From an uncultured Actinomycetes bacterium (GTDB taxonomy: Bacteria > Actinomycetota > Actinomycetes > Streptosporangiales > Streptosporangiaceae), in contig CAWKOA010000031.1 of NCBI GenBank assembly GCA_963851025.1, forward strand, positions 19,374-83,373: 64,000 bases of DNA, given 5' to 3'. The position numbers and the translations under genes were made by a program. Positions 1-9,604 of the stretch are shown here, piece by piece (the stretch's first letter is position 1; each line of letters begins with the position of its first letter). The notes beneath the pieces were generated by a model. The model saw nothing but the letters and a program-made list of their open reading frames with translations, made no database searches and was not told the DNA's origin.

Positions 1-1372
1 GAGGGCGGCCGCGGCCGCGTAGGCCTGGAAGTAGGTCCGCGCCCGGTCCCGCTCGATGGCGTTAGAGAGCGGCCGTCCTTCTTTGTCCTGCGGGATCTTC
101 CACTCGAAGGTGACCTCGGGCTTGGTGACCGTCCGCGGCAGGTTGATCAGGACGCTGTGGCCGGTGGACTTGATGTAGCCGATGTCCACCAGGCCGCCCT
201 GCGCGGTCGCCCAGAGCCGGGCGATCGGGCCGCCGCCGGTGTCGGCGGCCAGGTAGTTGGTGCCGTCGAACCAGCGCGGCGACATGACCCAGCTGTACTT
301 CTCGTCGAAGTTCCGCTTCTGCGGCCGGGGGATGGTGTGCTGGTTCCACGGGTGCCTGCGGTCCACCGGGTTGCCCAGCGGGTCGCGGGTCACGAACATC
401 TCCTGGTCTTCCCAGTCCTCGTAGTACGAGCTGCCGAGCAGGATGCGGATGCCCAGGTTGATGTCGACCAGGTCGTTGGTGAGCAGCTGGCCGTCCCGGA
501 TGACCCCGGGGCTGACGAACATCTTCCGGCCCCAGTCGCTCATGTGGTCGTAGCGGAAGTCGCAGTGCTCGGGGTCGTTGAGGCTGCCCCAGCAGACCAT
601 GTCCGCCCGGCGGCGGCCGACCTCCTCGTAGCCCGGGCAGGGCCTCGTAGAAGAAGTCGAACAGGTCATCGTGCATGGGCACGACGCGCTTCATGAACTC
701 CACGTAGCGCATCAGCCGGGTCAGGTAGTCGGTGAACAGCTGCACGGTGGGGGTGGTGCCCACGCCGCCCGGGTAGAGCGTGGACGGGTGCACGTGGCGC
801 CCCTCCATCAGGCAGAACATCTCCCGGGTGGACCGGCTGACCTGGAGGGCCTCGCGGTAGAACTCGCCTTCCAGCGGGTTCAGCGAGCGCATGATGTCGC
901 CGATGAACTTGTAGCCGTGATCGGCGGCGTGCGGGGCCTCGGTCCGGTTGGCCAGTTCCAGCACGCCGGGGTTGGTCTCGCCGACCATCTTGGCGCAGAA
1001 GTCCACGCCGACCAGGTTCTCCTGGAAGATGTTGTGGTCGAACATGTACTCGGCGGCCTCGCCCAGGTTGATGATCCACTCGGCGAGGTGCGGCGGGCGG
1101 ACCCCGTAGGCCATGTTCTGGTTGTAGACCGAGCAGGTCGCGTGGTTGTCACCGCAGATGCCGCAGATGCGGCTGGTGATGAAGTGCGCGTCCCGCGGGT
1201 CCTTGCCCTTCATGAAGATGCTGTAGCCGCGGAAGATCGACGAGGTGCTGTAGCACTCGATGACCTTCTTCTGCTTGAAGTCGATCTTGGTGTAGATGCC
1301 CAGGCTCCCCACGATGCGCGTGATGGGATCCCAGTTCATCTCCCTGACGTCGGTGTCTTCGGCAGTCGTCAT
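1..1372 (-). pseudogene. hhyL: [NiFe]-hydrogenase large subunit, group 1h/5 (Hhy-type); C-terminal end runs off the window; one frame break at about 632-637
   Basis: ORF 62..1372 begins MTTAEDTDVREMNWDPITRIVG and carries the L1 motif TSRICGICGDNHATC. After FFYEALPG the homologous sequence (YEEVGRRRADMVCWGSLNDPEHCDFRYDH...NPVDRRHPWNQHTIPRPQKRNFDEKYSWVMSPRWFDG...) continues in another minus frame down to base 1. The break maps to ctgCCCGGGctac. Confidence 0.9.
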
Positions 1373-1446
1373 GCCTCTTCCCCTCGGTACTCAGCGGCGC
1401 CACGGCCGGCCCGGCCTGCGCCTGCAGTCGTTACAGGTACTGCCGG

Positions 1447-2522
1447 TCACCAGGGCTTCTGGTAGCCCGTGAGCAGGTCGTTGCCCCTCTTCCGCCACTT
1501 CGGCTCCTCGTCGGCCGTCTTGGCCGTGAAGCCGCGGAGGGTGCGGATGACGGTGCCGTACAGGGTGCTCGCGGTCGCGGACACCTTCGAGCCGGGGGGC
1601 TCGTCCATGAACGGCATGAACTTGTCCGGGAACCCCGGCATGGTGCAGGCGATGCAGATCCCGCCCACGTTGGGGCACCCGCCGACGCCGTTGATCCAGC
1701 CGCGCTTGGGCACGTTGCACTTGACCACCGGGTCCCCAGCAGCCCAGCTTGACCAGGCACTTGGGCGAGCCGTACTCGTCGGCGAAGTCGCCCTGCTCGT
1801 AGTAGCCGCCGCGGTCGCAGCCCTCGTGCACGGTCGCGCCGAACAGCCAGGTCGGCCGCAGTGCCTCGTCCAGCGGGATCATCGGGGCCTGCGCCGGCCA
1901 CCTGGTAGAGCAGGTAGAGGATGGTCTCCGAGAGGTTGTCCGGGTGGGTCGGGCAGCCCGGCACGCAGACGATCGGCAGCCCGGCCTTGGACCGCCAGTC
2001 CCAGCCCAGGTAGTCGGGGACCCCCATCGCCCCGGTGGGATTGCCGGCCATGGCGTGGATGCCGCCGTAGGTGGCGCAGGTGCCGGCGGCCAGGATCGCG
2101 GTGGCCTTCGGCGCGAGCCGGTCCAGCCACTCGTTGGTGGTCATCGGCTGGCCCGTGGCCGGGTTGTTGCCGAAGCCGCACCAGTAGCCCTCGGGCTTGA
2201 TCGCCTCGTTGGGGATCGAGCCCTCGACCACCAGGACGAACGGCTCGAGTTCACCCCGGTCGGCCTTGTGCCACCACTCGATGAAGTTGTCGGCGCCCTG
2301 CTCCGGGCCGCACTCGAAGTCGATCAGCGGCCAGTGCACGGCCACCTTGGGCAGGCCCGGGAGCGCCCCCAGGACGATTTCCTCGATGCTGGGCTGGGTG
2401 GCGGCGGTCAGCGCCACCGAATCCCCGTCGCAGCCCAGCCCCCCGTTCATCCACAGGATGTGCACCACGGGCTCGGCCGCGGACTGGGCCGAACCGTCGC
2501 TGGTCTCCGTGGCAGTGGCCAT
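1447..2522 (-). pseudogene. hhyS: [NiFe]-hydrogenase small subunit, group 1h/5; two frame breaks (about 1884-1897 and about 1727-1731)
   Basis: Three minus-frame pieces join into one small subunit. They are MATATETSDG...HILWMNGGLGCDGDSV...CVPGCPTHPDNLSETILYLLYQVAG, then MIPLDEALRPTWLFGATVHEGCDRGGYYEQGDFADEYGSPKCLVKLGCWGP, then VKCNVPKRGWINGVGGCPNVGGICIACTMPGFPDKFMPFMD...GYQKPW. No twin-arginine signal at the N-terminus, which is typical of cytosolic group 1h enzymes. Confidence 0.9.
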
Positions 2523-2858
2523 CTGCAGGCCACCCCCTCCCTCTTATCTGAGTGGCTGGGATCTAGGTGATCCGGCTGGCTGCGATTTCGGCGGGAAGGC
2601 CGGGGTGCCTGGCGTGCGCGCGACGCGCGCGGCAGGGCGGGGCGTCAGCGGTGCGGGGAGAGCATGAGCTGGCCATCGTGGCTGGTGGGCCACCAGAAAC
2701 GGCCGCCCGGCGGACCCCGATGACCGCCCGGCGACCTGAACCATGGAGGGCGCGTTGACGCCGGGAAGATGGTTCATAGAGGCCTTACCTGCATCATGCG
2801 CAAGTGCCGTCATGCTAAACCCGTCCACCATGCGTATCAAGGTGGTAGCGGCAGGTTG

Positions 2859-2876
2859 CCAGACATAAATGTCTGG
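2859..2876. promoter_or_regulatory. Perfect 18-bp palindrome CCAGACATAAATGTCTGG in the hhyS-upstream divergent intergenic region (candidate operator)
   Basis: Read directly. It lies in a local low-GC patch (about 2760-2880) of the 520-bp gap between the hhyS start (2522) and the next plus-strand gene. Confidence 0.3.
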
Positions 2877-3042
2877 CGGGGGCGGACAGACATGGGGGTG
2901 GCGCCTTCCGCACCCAGCCCCGGCCATCCGCGGCCATCCCCGGCCCGCCCGGGCGGCGTTCCGGCCCGCGGCCACGGGGGCTTGCGGCCCGGGACGGGCC
3001 GGTCGGCTGGGGACTCGCCGCCGCGGTGGTGAACTGACGAAA

Positions 3043-3558
3043 GTGGCCCACGGTGACGGCGCGATCTCGTCCAGACGCGTACCCTGGGTTCCAGACTGGG
3101 CGGTTTGCGGTCGGGACGGGCCGGACGAGCCGGAGGAGATAGTGGCTGAGCTGGCCAACGGGCACGGGGATGAGCCGATCGAGGTCGTCCCCGTGGTGGT
3201 GCTGTCCCAGACCTTCCCGGCCCGGCCCTCGTGGATCCCGGAGATCCGCGACTTCGTCCGGCGGTGCCTGGCCGAATCCCCGCTGACCGAGGACGGCAAC
3301 CGCAGCGTCCAGGAGACGGTGTTCCGCGCCCTGCTGGACGCGGCCGGGCCGACCGGGGCCATCCAGGTCTCCTTCCGGATCTTCCCTGAGCACGTCGAGG
3401 TGGACGTGCTGCACTCCAACCAGCCGCCGTCCGAGATAGGCGGCCGGATGCCCGCCGCCGCGCCCCGGCCGGCCACGCGCCGCGGCCCGGCCGGGGATGA
3501 CGCGGCCCGGCCACGTTCGCGGACTGGATGTCCACCGCCCTGCGCCGCGAGGGGCTGA
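3043..3558 (+). CDS. Hypothetical protein, weakly anti-sigma/HATPase-like (SpoIIAB/RsbW-like N-terminal region)
   Basis: Part of ORF 2869..3558, with a candidate GTG start at 3043. The segment FPARPSWIPEIRDFVRRCLAESPL...IQVSFRIFPEHVEVDVLH resembles actinomycete ATP-binding regulatory proteins by eye only. Confidence 0.35.
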   Translation: MAHGDGAISSRRVPWVPDWAVCGRDGPDEPEEIVAELANGHGDEPIEVVPVVVLSQTFPARPSWIPEIRDFVRRCLAESPLTEDGNRSVQETVFRALLDAAGPTGAIQVSFRIFPEHVEVDVLHSNQPPSEIGGRMPAAAPRPATRRGPAGDDAARPRSRTGCPPPCAARG

Positions 3559-3836
3559 CCCAGGAAGCCGCCGCCCGGCAGCTGGGCGTGTCGGTCAAGA
3601 CCGTGGGACGCTGGGTCGGCGGCGAGACCGAGCCCCGGCTCCGGGATCTGCGCCGCATCCAGGAACTGTTCGGAGAGCTTCCGTTCTCCTCCAGGCCCTC
3701 GCCAGGCCCGCCGCGGCCTGCCCAGGCAGGCCCGCCAGGACAGGACTGTCTCGTCTCAATTGCTGGACGTCCCCCCACAAGTGTCCTACGGTGCTGCCAT
3801 GGCCCTTCCTACGGGACGCTACCGGCTGGGCACTGA
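3528..3836 (+). CDS. XRE/Cro-type helix-turn-helix protein
   Basis: MSTALRREGLTQEAAARQLGVSVKTVGRWVGGETEPRLRDLRRIQELFG. ATFADW precedes the ATG in frame right after a TGA, so it may originally have been fused to the upstream ORF (a 1-bp indel would do it). The 3' tail overlapping the next gene is low-complexity and doubtful. Confidence 0.5.
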   Translation: MSTALRREGLTQEAAARQLGVSVKTVGRWVGGETEPRLRDLRRIQELFGELPFSSRPSPGPPRPAQAGPPGQDCLVSIAGRPPTSVLRCCHGPSYGTLPAGH

Positions 3837-4362
3837 GAGCGGCCGGATCGTCCTGCGCACGTTTCGCGACGGGCTGGCGGCCACCGCCGGCCACGATCTG
3901 GTCATCGAACTGCCCCGCTGGTCCGGCGAGCTGGTCGTCGACGACGACAAGGCCCCGGAATCCCTCGAGGTCCGCATCGACGCGGGCGCGCTCGTCGTCC
4001 GCGAGGGCACCGGCGGCCTCAAGCCGCTGACCGACCGGGACCGCCGCGAGATCGCGACGACCGCGCGGCGGCAGCTGTCCACCGACCAGCACCCGGAGGC
4101 GGTCTTCACCGCCACCCGCTTCGAGCTTTCGGGTGACAACGGGGTGATCGAGGGGAACCTCTCTATCCGGGGGGTGACGCGGCCGTTCCGGCTGCAGGTG
4201 AGCCAGCCCGAGCCGGGCAGCTACCGGGGCACCGGGACGCTGGTGCAGTCGGCCTACGGCATCAAGCCGTACACCGCGTTCTTCGGCGCGCTGAAGGTGC
4301 GGGACGCCGTCGATATCGAGGTAAATGCGGTCATTTCCGGGCCTGCGGACGACAGCGGATGA
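3799..4362 (+). CDS. YceI-like domain protein
   Basis: MALPTGRYRLGTESGRIVLRTFRDGLAATAGHDLVIE...IRGVTRPFRLQV...YGIKPYTAFFGALKVRDAVDIEV is the typical YceI family pattern. Confidence 0.8.
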   Translation: MALPTGRYRLGTESGRIVLRTFRDGLAATAGHDLVIELPRWSGELVVDDDKAPESLEVRIDAGALVVREGTGGLKPLTDRDRREIATTARRQLSTDQHPEAVFTATRFELSGDNGVIEGNLSIRGVTRPFRLQVSQPEPGSYRGTGTLVQSAYGIKPYTAFFGALKVRDAVDIEVNAVISGPADDSG

Positions 4363-4477
4363 GGCCGGCTTGGCCCATGGCCTTGCGGAGCCGGGCCGGG
4401 GGGAAGTAAGCCAGAGAAGGTAACCCGGGGCCGCCGGTCCTGGGGGCAGAGAGCGCAGCGGAAATGGCCGCGAGGAG

Positions 4478-5107
4478 ATGAGCGCAGCGCCATCGGCACC
4501 GGCAGGGGACAACGAGGTCGCCACACTGTTCGAGCGGCGCGCGGCCTCGGTTGACGAGCTGGCCGGGCACGCGGGCACGGTCGCGGCCGCCTGCCATGAC
4601 ATGGCCGTGCGCTTCCACCAGGGCGGCAAGCTGGTGGTGTTCGGCACCGGCGCGTCGAGCACCGACGCGCTGCACGTGGCGGTGGAATTCGTGCACCCGG
4701 TGATCGTCGGCAAGCGGGCCCTGCCGGCCATCTCGCTCACCGCCGACACCGCCACGGTGACCGGCATCGCCGAGCGCGAGGGCATGGGCGCGATCTTCGC
4801 CCATCAGATCCGCCACCTCGCCACCCCCGCCGACATCGCGCTGGGCCTGTCCGCCGACGGCAACTCCGAGAGCGTGCTGAACGGGCTGCTGACCGCGCAC
4901 GGCATGGGCATGCTGACGATCGCGCTGGCGGGCGCGGGCGGCGGCGTGATCGGCGGCAGCCCGGCGGTGGACCACATCCTGGTCACCACGGAAGCCGATC
5001 CCCGGGTGGTCAAGGAGGCGCACGTGACCGCGTACCACGTGCTGTGGGAGCTGGTCCACGTCTTCTTCGAGCAGCCCGGGGTGCTCGGCCCGGCGGTGGT
5101 CTCATGA
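4478..5107 (+). CDS. SIS-domain protein (GmhA/phosphoheptose-isomerase-like), hydrogenase-cluster associated
   Basis: GGKLVVFGTGASSTDALHVAVEFVHP...ALGLSADGNSESV...VKEAHVTAYHVLWELVHVFF. GAGGAG Shine-Dalgarno sequence before the ATG. Confidence 0.75.
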   Translation: MSAAPSAPAGDNEVATLFERRAASVDELAGHAGTVAAACHDMAVRFHQGGKLVVFGTGASSTDALHVAVEFVHPVIVGKRALPAISLTADTATVTGIAEREGMGAIFAHQIRHLATPADIALGLSADGNSESVLNGLLTAHGMGMLTIALAGAGGGVIGGSPAVDHILVTTEADPRVVKEAHVTAYHVLWELVHVFFEQPGVLGPAVVS

Positions 5108-5343
5108 GCGAGAGCGAGCCCGGCCCCGGCGGCGTGCAGCCACCCGAATGCCACGACGAGGTCTGCATCACCTGCTCGGACACCGCCGTCGCGGTGACCA
5201 TCGCCCGGCTGCTGCCGGACGGCCTGGCCGTGGTGGACACCGGGGCGGGCCAGGAAGAGGTCAGCGTGGCGCTGGTCGACGCCGGGGTCGGCGACACCAT
5301 CCTGGTGCACGCCGGCGAGGCCATCGCCGTGGTGCCGGCATGA
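5104..5343 (+). CDS. HupF/HypC-family hydrogenase assembly chaperone-like protein
   Basis: MSESEPGPGGVQPPECHDEVCITCSDTAVAVTIARLLPDGLAVVDTGAGQEEVSVALVDAGVGDTILVHAGEAIAVV. ATGA overlap with the previous stop. Confidence 0.7.
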   Translation: MSESEPGPGGVQPPECHDEVCITCSDTAVAVTIARLLPDGLAVVDTGAGQEEVSVALVDAGVGDTILVHAGEAIAVVPA

Positions 5344-6119
5344 CGAAGCGCAGCAGCGGCCAGGCCCGCGCCGGCCGTCGGCCAGGCCAGACCGGCCCGG
5401 CCGGTACCGGCCCGCGCAGCACCGGGCGGCGCAGCACCGCGCAGGACAGCAACGCGCAGGACAGCGCGACCGCCATGGAGGCGCTGTACCCGTTCCTGTA
5501 CTCCGGGGCCGCGCCCGACCTCGACGCGGTACTGGCCGAGGTGCGCGCGTCCACCGTGGCCAAGGCCCGGGAGATCACCGAGCTGCGGCAGGTCATCGCG
5601 GCCCGGGACGCGGCCCGGCTCGCCGCGTGCGCCGCGGAGATGGCGGAGCGGTTCGCGGCCGGCGGGCGGCTGCTCGCCTTCGGCAACGGGGGCAGCGCCA
5701 CCGACGCACAGGAGCTGGCCACGCTGTTCCTCGATCCGGGCCCCGGCGAGCGGGCGCTGCCCGCGTTCTGCCTGGCCAACGACACAGCGGTGGTCACCGC
5801 GCTGTGCAACGACGTCGGCGTCGAGGTGGTGTTCGCCCGCCAGATCGCCGCGTTCGGGCAGCCCCGGGACGTGGCCATCGGCCTGTCCACCAGCGGCAAC
5901 TCCGAGAACCTGCTCCGCGCCCTGGACGAGGCGGCCCGCGGTGGCCTGCTCACCGTGGGCATCGCCGGGTACGACGGCGGGAAGATGGCCGAGCTGGACA
6001 GCCTGGACTACCTGTTCGTGGCGCCATCGTCCTCGGTGCACCGGATCCAGGAGGCGCAGACCACCGTGTACCACACGCTGTGGGAGCTGACCGTGGCGTC
6101 GCTGGCCGGGGCCGGGTGA
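5340..6119 (+). CDS. Second SIS-domain protein with a basic, low-complexity N-terminal extension
   Basis: GGRLLAFGNGGSATDAQELATLF...AIGLSTSGNSENLLRAL...RIQEAQTTVYHTLWEL. ATGA overlap with the upstream gene. Confidence 0.75.
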   Translation: MTKRSSGQARAGRRPGQTGPAGTGPRSTGRRSTAQDSNAQDSATAMEALYPFLYSGAAPDLDAVLAEVRASTVAKAREITELRQVIAARDAARLAACAAEMAERFAAGGRLLAFGNGGSATDAQELATLFLDPGPGERALPAFCLANDTAVVTALCNDVGVEVVFARQIAAFGQPRDVAIGLSTSGNSENLLRALDEAARGGLLTVGIAGYDGGKMAELDSLDYLFVAPSSSVHRIQEAQTTVYHTLWELTVASLAGAG

Positions 6120-6655
6120 CCGGCGTGAGCGAGGCCGCGGGCCTGCCCGCCACCACGGGACGCACGCTCGTGGCCTGCCTGGGCAACATCTTCCTGGGCG
6201 ACGACGGCTTCGGCGTCGAGGTGGCACGGCGGCTGGCCCGCGAGCAGTTCCCCGAGGGGGTGCGGGTCACCGACTACGGCATCCGCGGCATGCACCTCGC
6301 CTACGACCTGGCCGAGGGATTCGACACGACGATCCTGGTCGACACCGCGCAGCGTGGTGACGCGCCCGGCACCGTCTACCTGATCGAGCCCGAGCGGGAC
6401 GCGGGCCAGGGCGGCCAGGGCCAGGGCGACGCCGCCCAGCTGAGCTTGTTCAACGCGCACGGCATGCAGCCAGACCTGGTGCTCAGCCTGGCTGGCTCGC
6501 TCGGCGGGGACGCCGGGCGGGTGCTGGTGGTGGGCTGCGAGCCTGCCACCCTGGAGGAGGGGATCGGGCTGAGCGCCCCGGTGACGGCCGCGGTGGACGA
6601 GGCCGTGGCCATGATTACCCGGCTGGTGACAGCCGGCCAGAACACTCACTCGTAG
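6116..6655 (+). CDS. Hydrogenase maturation endopeptidase (HupD/HyaD/HybD family)
   Basis: TLVACLGNIFLGDDGFGVEVARRL...VRVTDYGIRGMHLAYDL...ILVDTAQRGDAPGTVYLIEP...NAHGMQP...VLVVGCEP. GTGA overlap with the upstream stop. Confidence 0.85.
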   Translation: MTGVSEAAGLPATTGRTLVACLGNIFLGDDGFGVEVARRLAREQFPEGVRVTDYGIRGMHLAYDLAEGFDTTILVDTAQRGDAPGTVYLIEPERDAGQGGQGQGDAAQLSLFNAHGMQPDLVLSLAGSLGGDAGRVLVVGCEPATLEEGIGLSAPVTAAVDEAVAMITRLVTAGQNTHS

Positions 6656-6675
6656 ACCTGCGAAGAGGTGATCGC

Positions 6676-6948
6676 ATGTGCCTTGGCATCCCAGGCGAGG
6701 TGATCGAGTTCCTGCCCGATCAGCCCGACCTGGCCAGGGTGGACGTCAGCGGGGTCCGGCGGGTGATCAATGTCGGGCTGCTCTCCGACGACCTGCCGAA
6801 GCCGGGGGAATGGGTCCTCATTCACGTGGGCTTCGCGCTATCCAAGATCGACGAGGCTGAGGCGGCGGCCGCGCTGCAGTTCCTGGAGGGTATCGGCCAG
6901 GCCTACGCGGACGAGCTGGAAGCCCTCCAGGCATCCCAAATCGAGTAG
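6676..6948 (+). CDS. hypC: Hydrogenase assembly chaperone HypC
   Basis: Starts [12 protein letters not shown]...[13 protein letters not shown]...[17 protein letters not shown], the canonical HypC N-terminal Cys motif. Confidence 0.9.
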   Translation: MCLGIPGEVIEFLPDQPDLARVDVSGVRRVINVGLLSDDLPKPGEWVLIHVGFALSKIDEAEAAAALQFLEGIGQAYADELEALQASQIE

Positions 6949-6959
6949 AGGGGGGCAGT

Positions 6960-8088
6960 ATGCGCTTCGTTGACGAATTCCGCTCTGCGGACAAGGCGCA
7001 CGCCCTGGCCGCGAAGATCGCCGGGCTGTGCGAGCCCGGGCGGCAGTACAAGCTGATGGAGGTGTGCGGCGGGCACACGCACACCATCTACAAGCACGGG
7101 CTCGAGGACTACCTGCCCGAGTCGATCACGCTGGTGCACGGCCCCGGCTGCCCGGTCTGCGTCATCCCGATGGGCCGGGTGGACGACGCGATGGCGCTGG
7201 CGTCCCAGCCGGACACCATCATGACCTCGTTCGGGGACATGATGCGGGTTCCCGGGCAGCCAGGGCTCGTTCTTCGACGCCAAGGCGCAGGGCACCGACA
7301 TCCGCATGGTGTACTCCCCGCTGGACTCGCTGAAGATCGCCCGGCAGAACCCGGACAAGCGGGTCGTGTTCATGGCCATCGGGTTCGAGACCACCACCCC
7401 GTCCACCGCGATGACCGTGCTCCGCGCGGCCGCCGAGAAGCTGGACAACTTCTCCATCTTCTGCAACCACGTCACGATCATCCCGGCCATCAAGGCCATC
7501 CTGGACTCGCCCGACCTGCGCCTGGACGGGTTCATCGGCCCGGGTCACGTGTCCACGGTGATCGGCTGCCGCCCGTACGAGTTCATCGCCCGCGACTACG
7601 GCAAGCCCGTGGTGGTGGCCGGGTTCGAGCCGCTGGACATCCTGCAGTCCATCTACATGCTGATGCTCCAGCTGTCCGAGGGCCGCAGCGAGGTGGAGAA
7701 CCAGTACACCCGGGTGGTGCCCTGGGACGGCAACCTGGCCGCGCTGAACGCGATCAACCAGGTCCTGGAGCTGCGCCCGTACTTCGAGTGGCGGGGGCTC
7801 GGTTTCATCTCGCACTCGGCGATGCGGGTCCGCCCCGAGTTCGCCAAGTACGACGCGGAACTGCTCTTCGAGGTGCCCGGCGTCCGGGTCGCCGACCCGA
7901 AGGCCTGCCAGTGCGGTGAGGTGCTCAAGGGCGTGCTGAAGCCGTGGGAGTGCAAGGTGTTCGGCACCGCGTGCACGCCGGAGACCCCCATCGGCACCTG
8001 CATGGTCTCCCCGGAGGGCGCCTGCGCCGCCTACTACAACTTCGGCCGGATGAACCGCCGCCGGGTGGTGGAAGTGAGCATCTCATGA
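6960..8088 (+). pseudogene. hypD: Hydrogenase maturation factor HypD; one frame break at 7261-7266
   Basis: [20 protein letters not shown]...[16 protein letters not shown]...[17 protein letters not shown]...GDMMRVPG, then [27 protein letters not shown]... continues in ORF 7306..8088 (...[10 protein letters not shown]...MVSPEGACAAYY). The shift sits at CCCGGGC. Confidence 0.9.
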
Positions 8089-9263
8089 CCGAGACCGGCA
8101 CCGGCCGGGGCAGCTGGGTCGACCAGGCCCTGCGCGAGCACGAGGAGCACGCCGGCCCAGAGCCGGCCAGCACCGGGCAGGCCGGCCGGACTTCCGACCG
8201 TGAGCAGCAGGTGCTCGACCGGATCGACCGGGCGCGGCGCCGGCGGCCCCGGGTCCGCGAGGACCGGATCACCATGTCCCATGGGGCCGGCGGGAAGGCC
8301 ACCAGGACCCTGGTCGAGGCGGTCTTCGTGGACGCGTTCAGCAACCCGCTGCTGGAGCCCCTGGAAGACTCCGCGCAGCTGCACGTGAACGGCGGCCGGG
8401 TCGCGCTGACCACCGACTCCTACGTGGTCTCGCCGCTGTTCTTCCCCGGCGGTGACATCGGCGACCTCGCGGTCAACGGCACCGTGAACGACCTGGCCGT
8501 GTCCGGCGCGACCCCGCTCTACCTGTCCGCCGGGTTCATCCTGGAGGAGGGCTTCCCGGTCACCGACCTGGTCGAGATCGTGGCCTCGATGAAGGCCGCG
8601 GCCCAGGTGGCCGGGGTGCAGGTGGTCACCGGGGACACCAAGGTGGTGCAGCGGGGCAAGGCCGACGGCTGCTACATCAACACCGCGGGCGTCGGCGTGA
8701 TCGAGCACGACATGTCGCTCGGCGTGGCCAACGCCCGGCCCGGCGACGCGGTGATCGTGTCCGGCCCGATCGGCGAGCACGGCGTGACCATCATGCTGGC
8801 CCGCGGCGAGCTGGACATCGAGGCCGACATCACCTCCGACACCGCGGCGCTCAACGGGCTGATCGCGGACCTGCTGGCGGCCACCCCCGGCGTCCGCGCG
8901 CTGCGCGACGCCACCCGCGGCGGCGTGGCGACCATCCTCAACGAGGTGGCCACGGCGGCCGGGGTCGGCGTGCTGGTCAACGAGGACGCGATCCCGGTGA
9001 GCACCGTGGTGCGCGGCGCCTCCGAACTGCTCGGCATCGACCCCATGTACGTGGCCTGCGAGGGCCGCATGGTCGCCGTGGTCGACGGCGGCGAGGCGGA
9101 CAAGGCCCTGGCCGCGCTGCGGGCCCACCCGCTGGGCGCGGACGCCGCGATCATCGGTCACATCACCGCGGACCCGCCGGGCCTGGTCCTGCTGAACACC
9201 GCGTTCGGCGGGACCCGCATCGTGGACCTGCTGGTCGGTGACCCACTGCCGCGCATCTGCTGA
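8086..9263 (+). CDS. hypE: Hydrogenase maturation carbamoyl dehydratase HypE, with an N-terminal extension
   Basis: ITMSHGAGGKATRTLVE...DLAVNGTVNDLAVSGATPLYLSAGFILEEG...VVTGDTKVV...DATRGGVATILNE...LVGDPLPRIC (C-terminal PRIC motif). ATGA overlap with hypD. Confidence 0.9.
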
Positions 9264-9273
9264 CGGGGGCACC

Positions 9274-9603
9274 GTGCACGAACTGGCGATCACCGAGGGG
9301 GTGGTGCAGGCGGTGACCGAGCGGCTGCCCGGCACGCCCATCGCCTGCGTGCACCTGGAGATCGGGGCCATGTCCGGGGTGGTCGCGGACTCCGTGCGGT
9401 TCTGCTTCGACCTGGTCACCGAGGGCACGACGCTGGAGGGCGCACGGCTGGACATCATCCAGCCCGCGGCCCGCTGCCGGTGCCGGGACTGCGGCGCGGA
9501 GTTCGAGCCGGCTGACGTGATCGCGCTGTGTGCCTGCGGCAGCGCCGACGTGGCCGTGCTGGCCGGCCAGGAACTGCGGATCACGTCCGTGGAGGTGGTG
9601 TGA
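9274..9603 (+). CDS. hypA: Nickel insertion protein HypA
   Basis: VHELAITEGVVQAV...CRCRDCGAEF...CACGS...GQELRITSVEVV. Zinc-site CxxC...CxxC pattern. Confidence 0.85.
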   Translation: MHELAITEGVVQAVTERLPGTPIACVHLEIGAMSGVVADSVRFCFDLVTEGTTLEGARLDIIQPAARCRCRDCGAEFEPADVIALCACGSADVAVLAGQELRITSVEVV

Positions 9604-9604
9604 C

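Noticed and set aside
632-637. Frameshifts in hhyL, hhyS, hypD and hypF as programmed ribosomal frameshifting
   Set aside because: There are no slippery heptamers or downstream structures. The shifts are both +1 and -1 and occur at simple G/C runs (CCCGGG), and unrelated genes across the window show the same defect.
2544-3778. Two long minus-strand ORFs (310 and 313 aa) in the hydrogenase upstream region
   Set aside because: Arg/Pro/Ser-rich products without motifs. They overlap the plus-strand HTH and anti-sigma-like ORFs and the AT-rich promoter region, so they are judged non-coding.
8034-9584. 516-aa minus-strand ORF covering hypE/hypA. Similar long antisense ORFs occur at 5010..6227, 27170..28714, 29494..30846, 35534..36523, 37495..38832, 48101..49405, 49438..50745, 54526..56184 and 62199..63239.
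   Set aside because: All lie exactly antisense to genes with clear family motifs. Their products are Arg/Pro/Gly/Ala-rich low-complexity strings, as expected for shadow ORFs in roughly 70% GC DNA. No motifs, no ribosome-binding sites.
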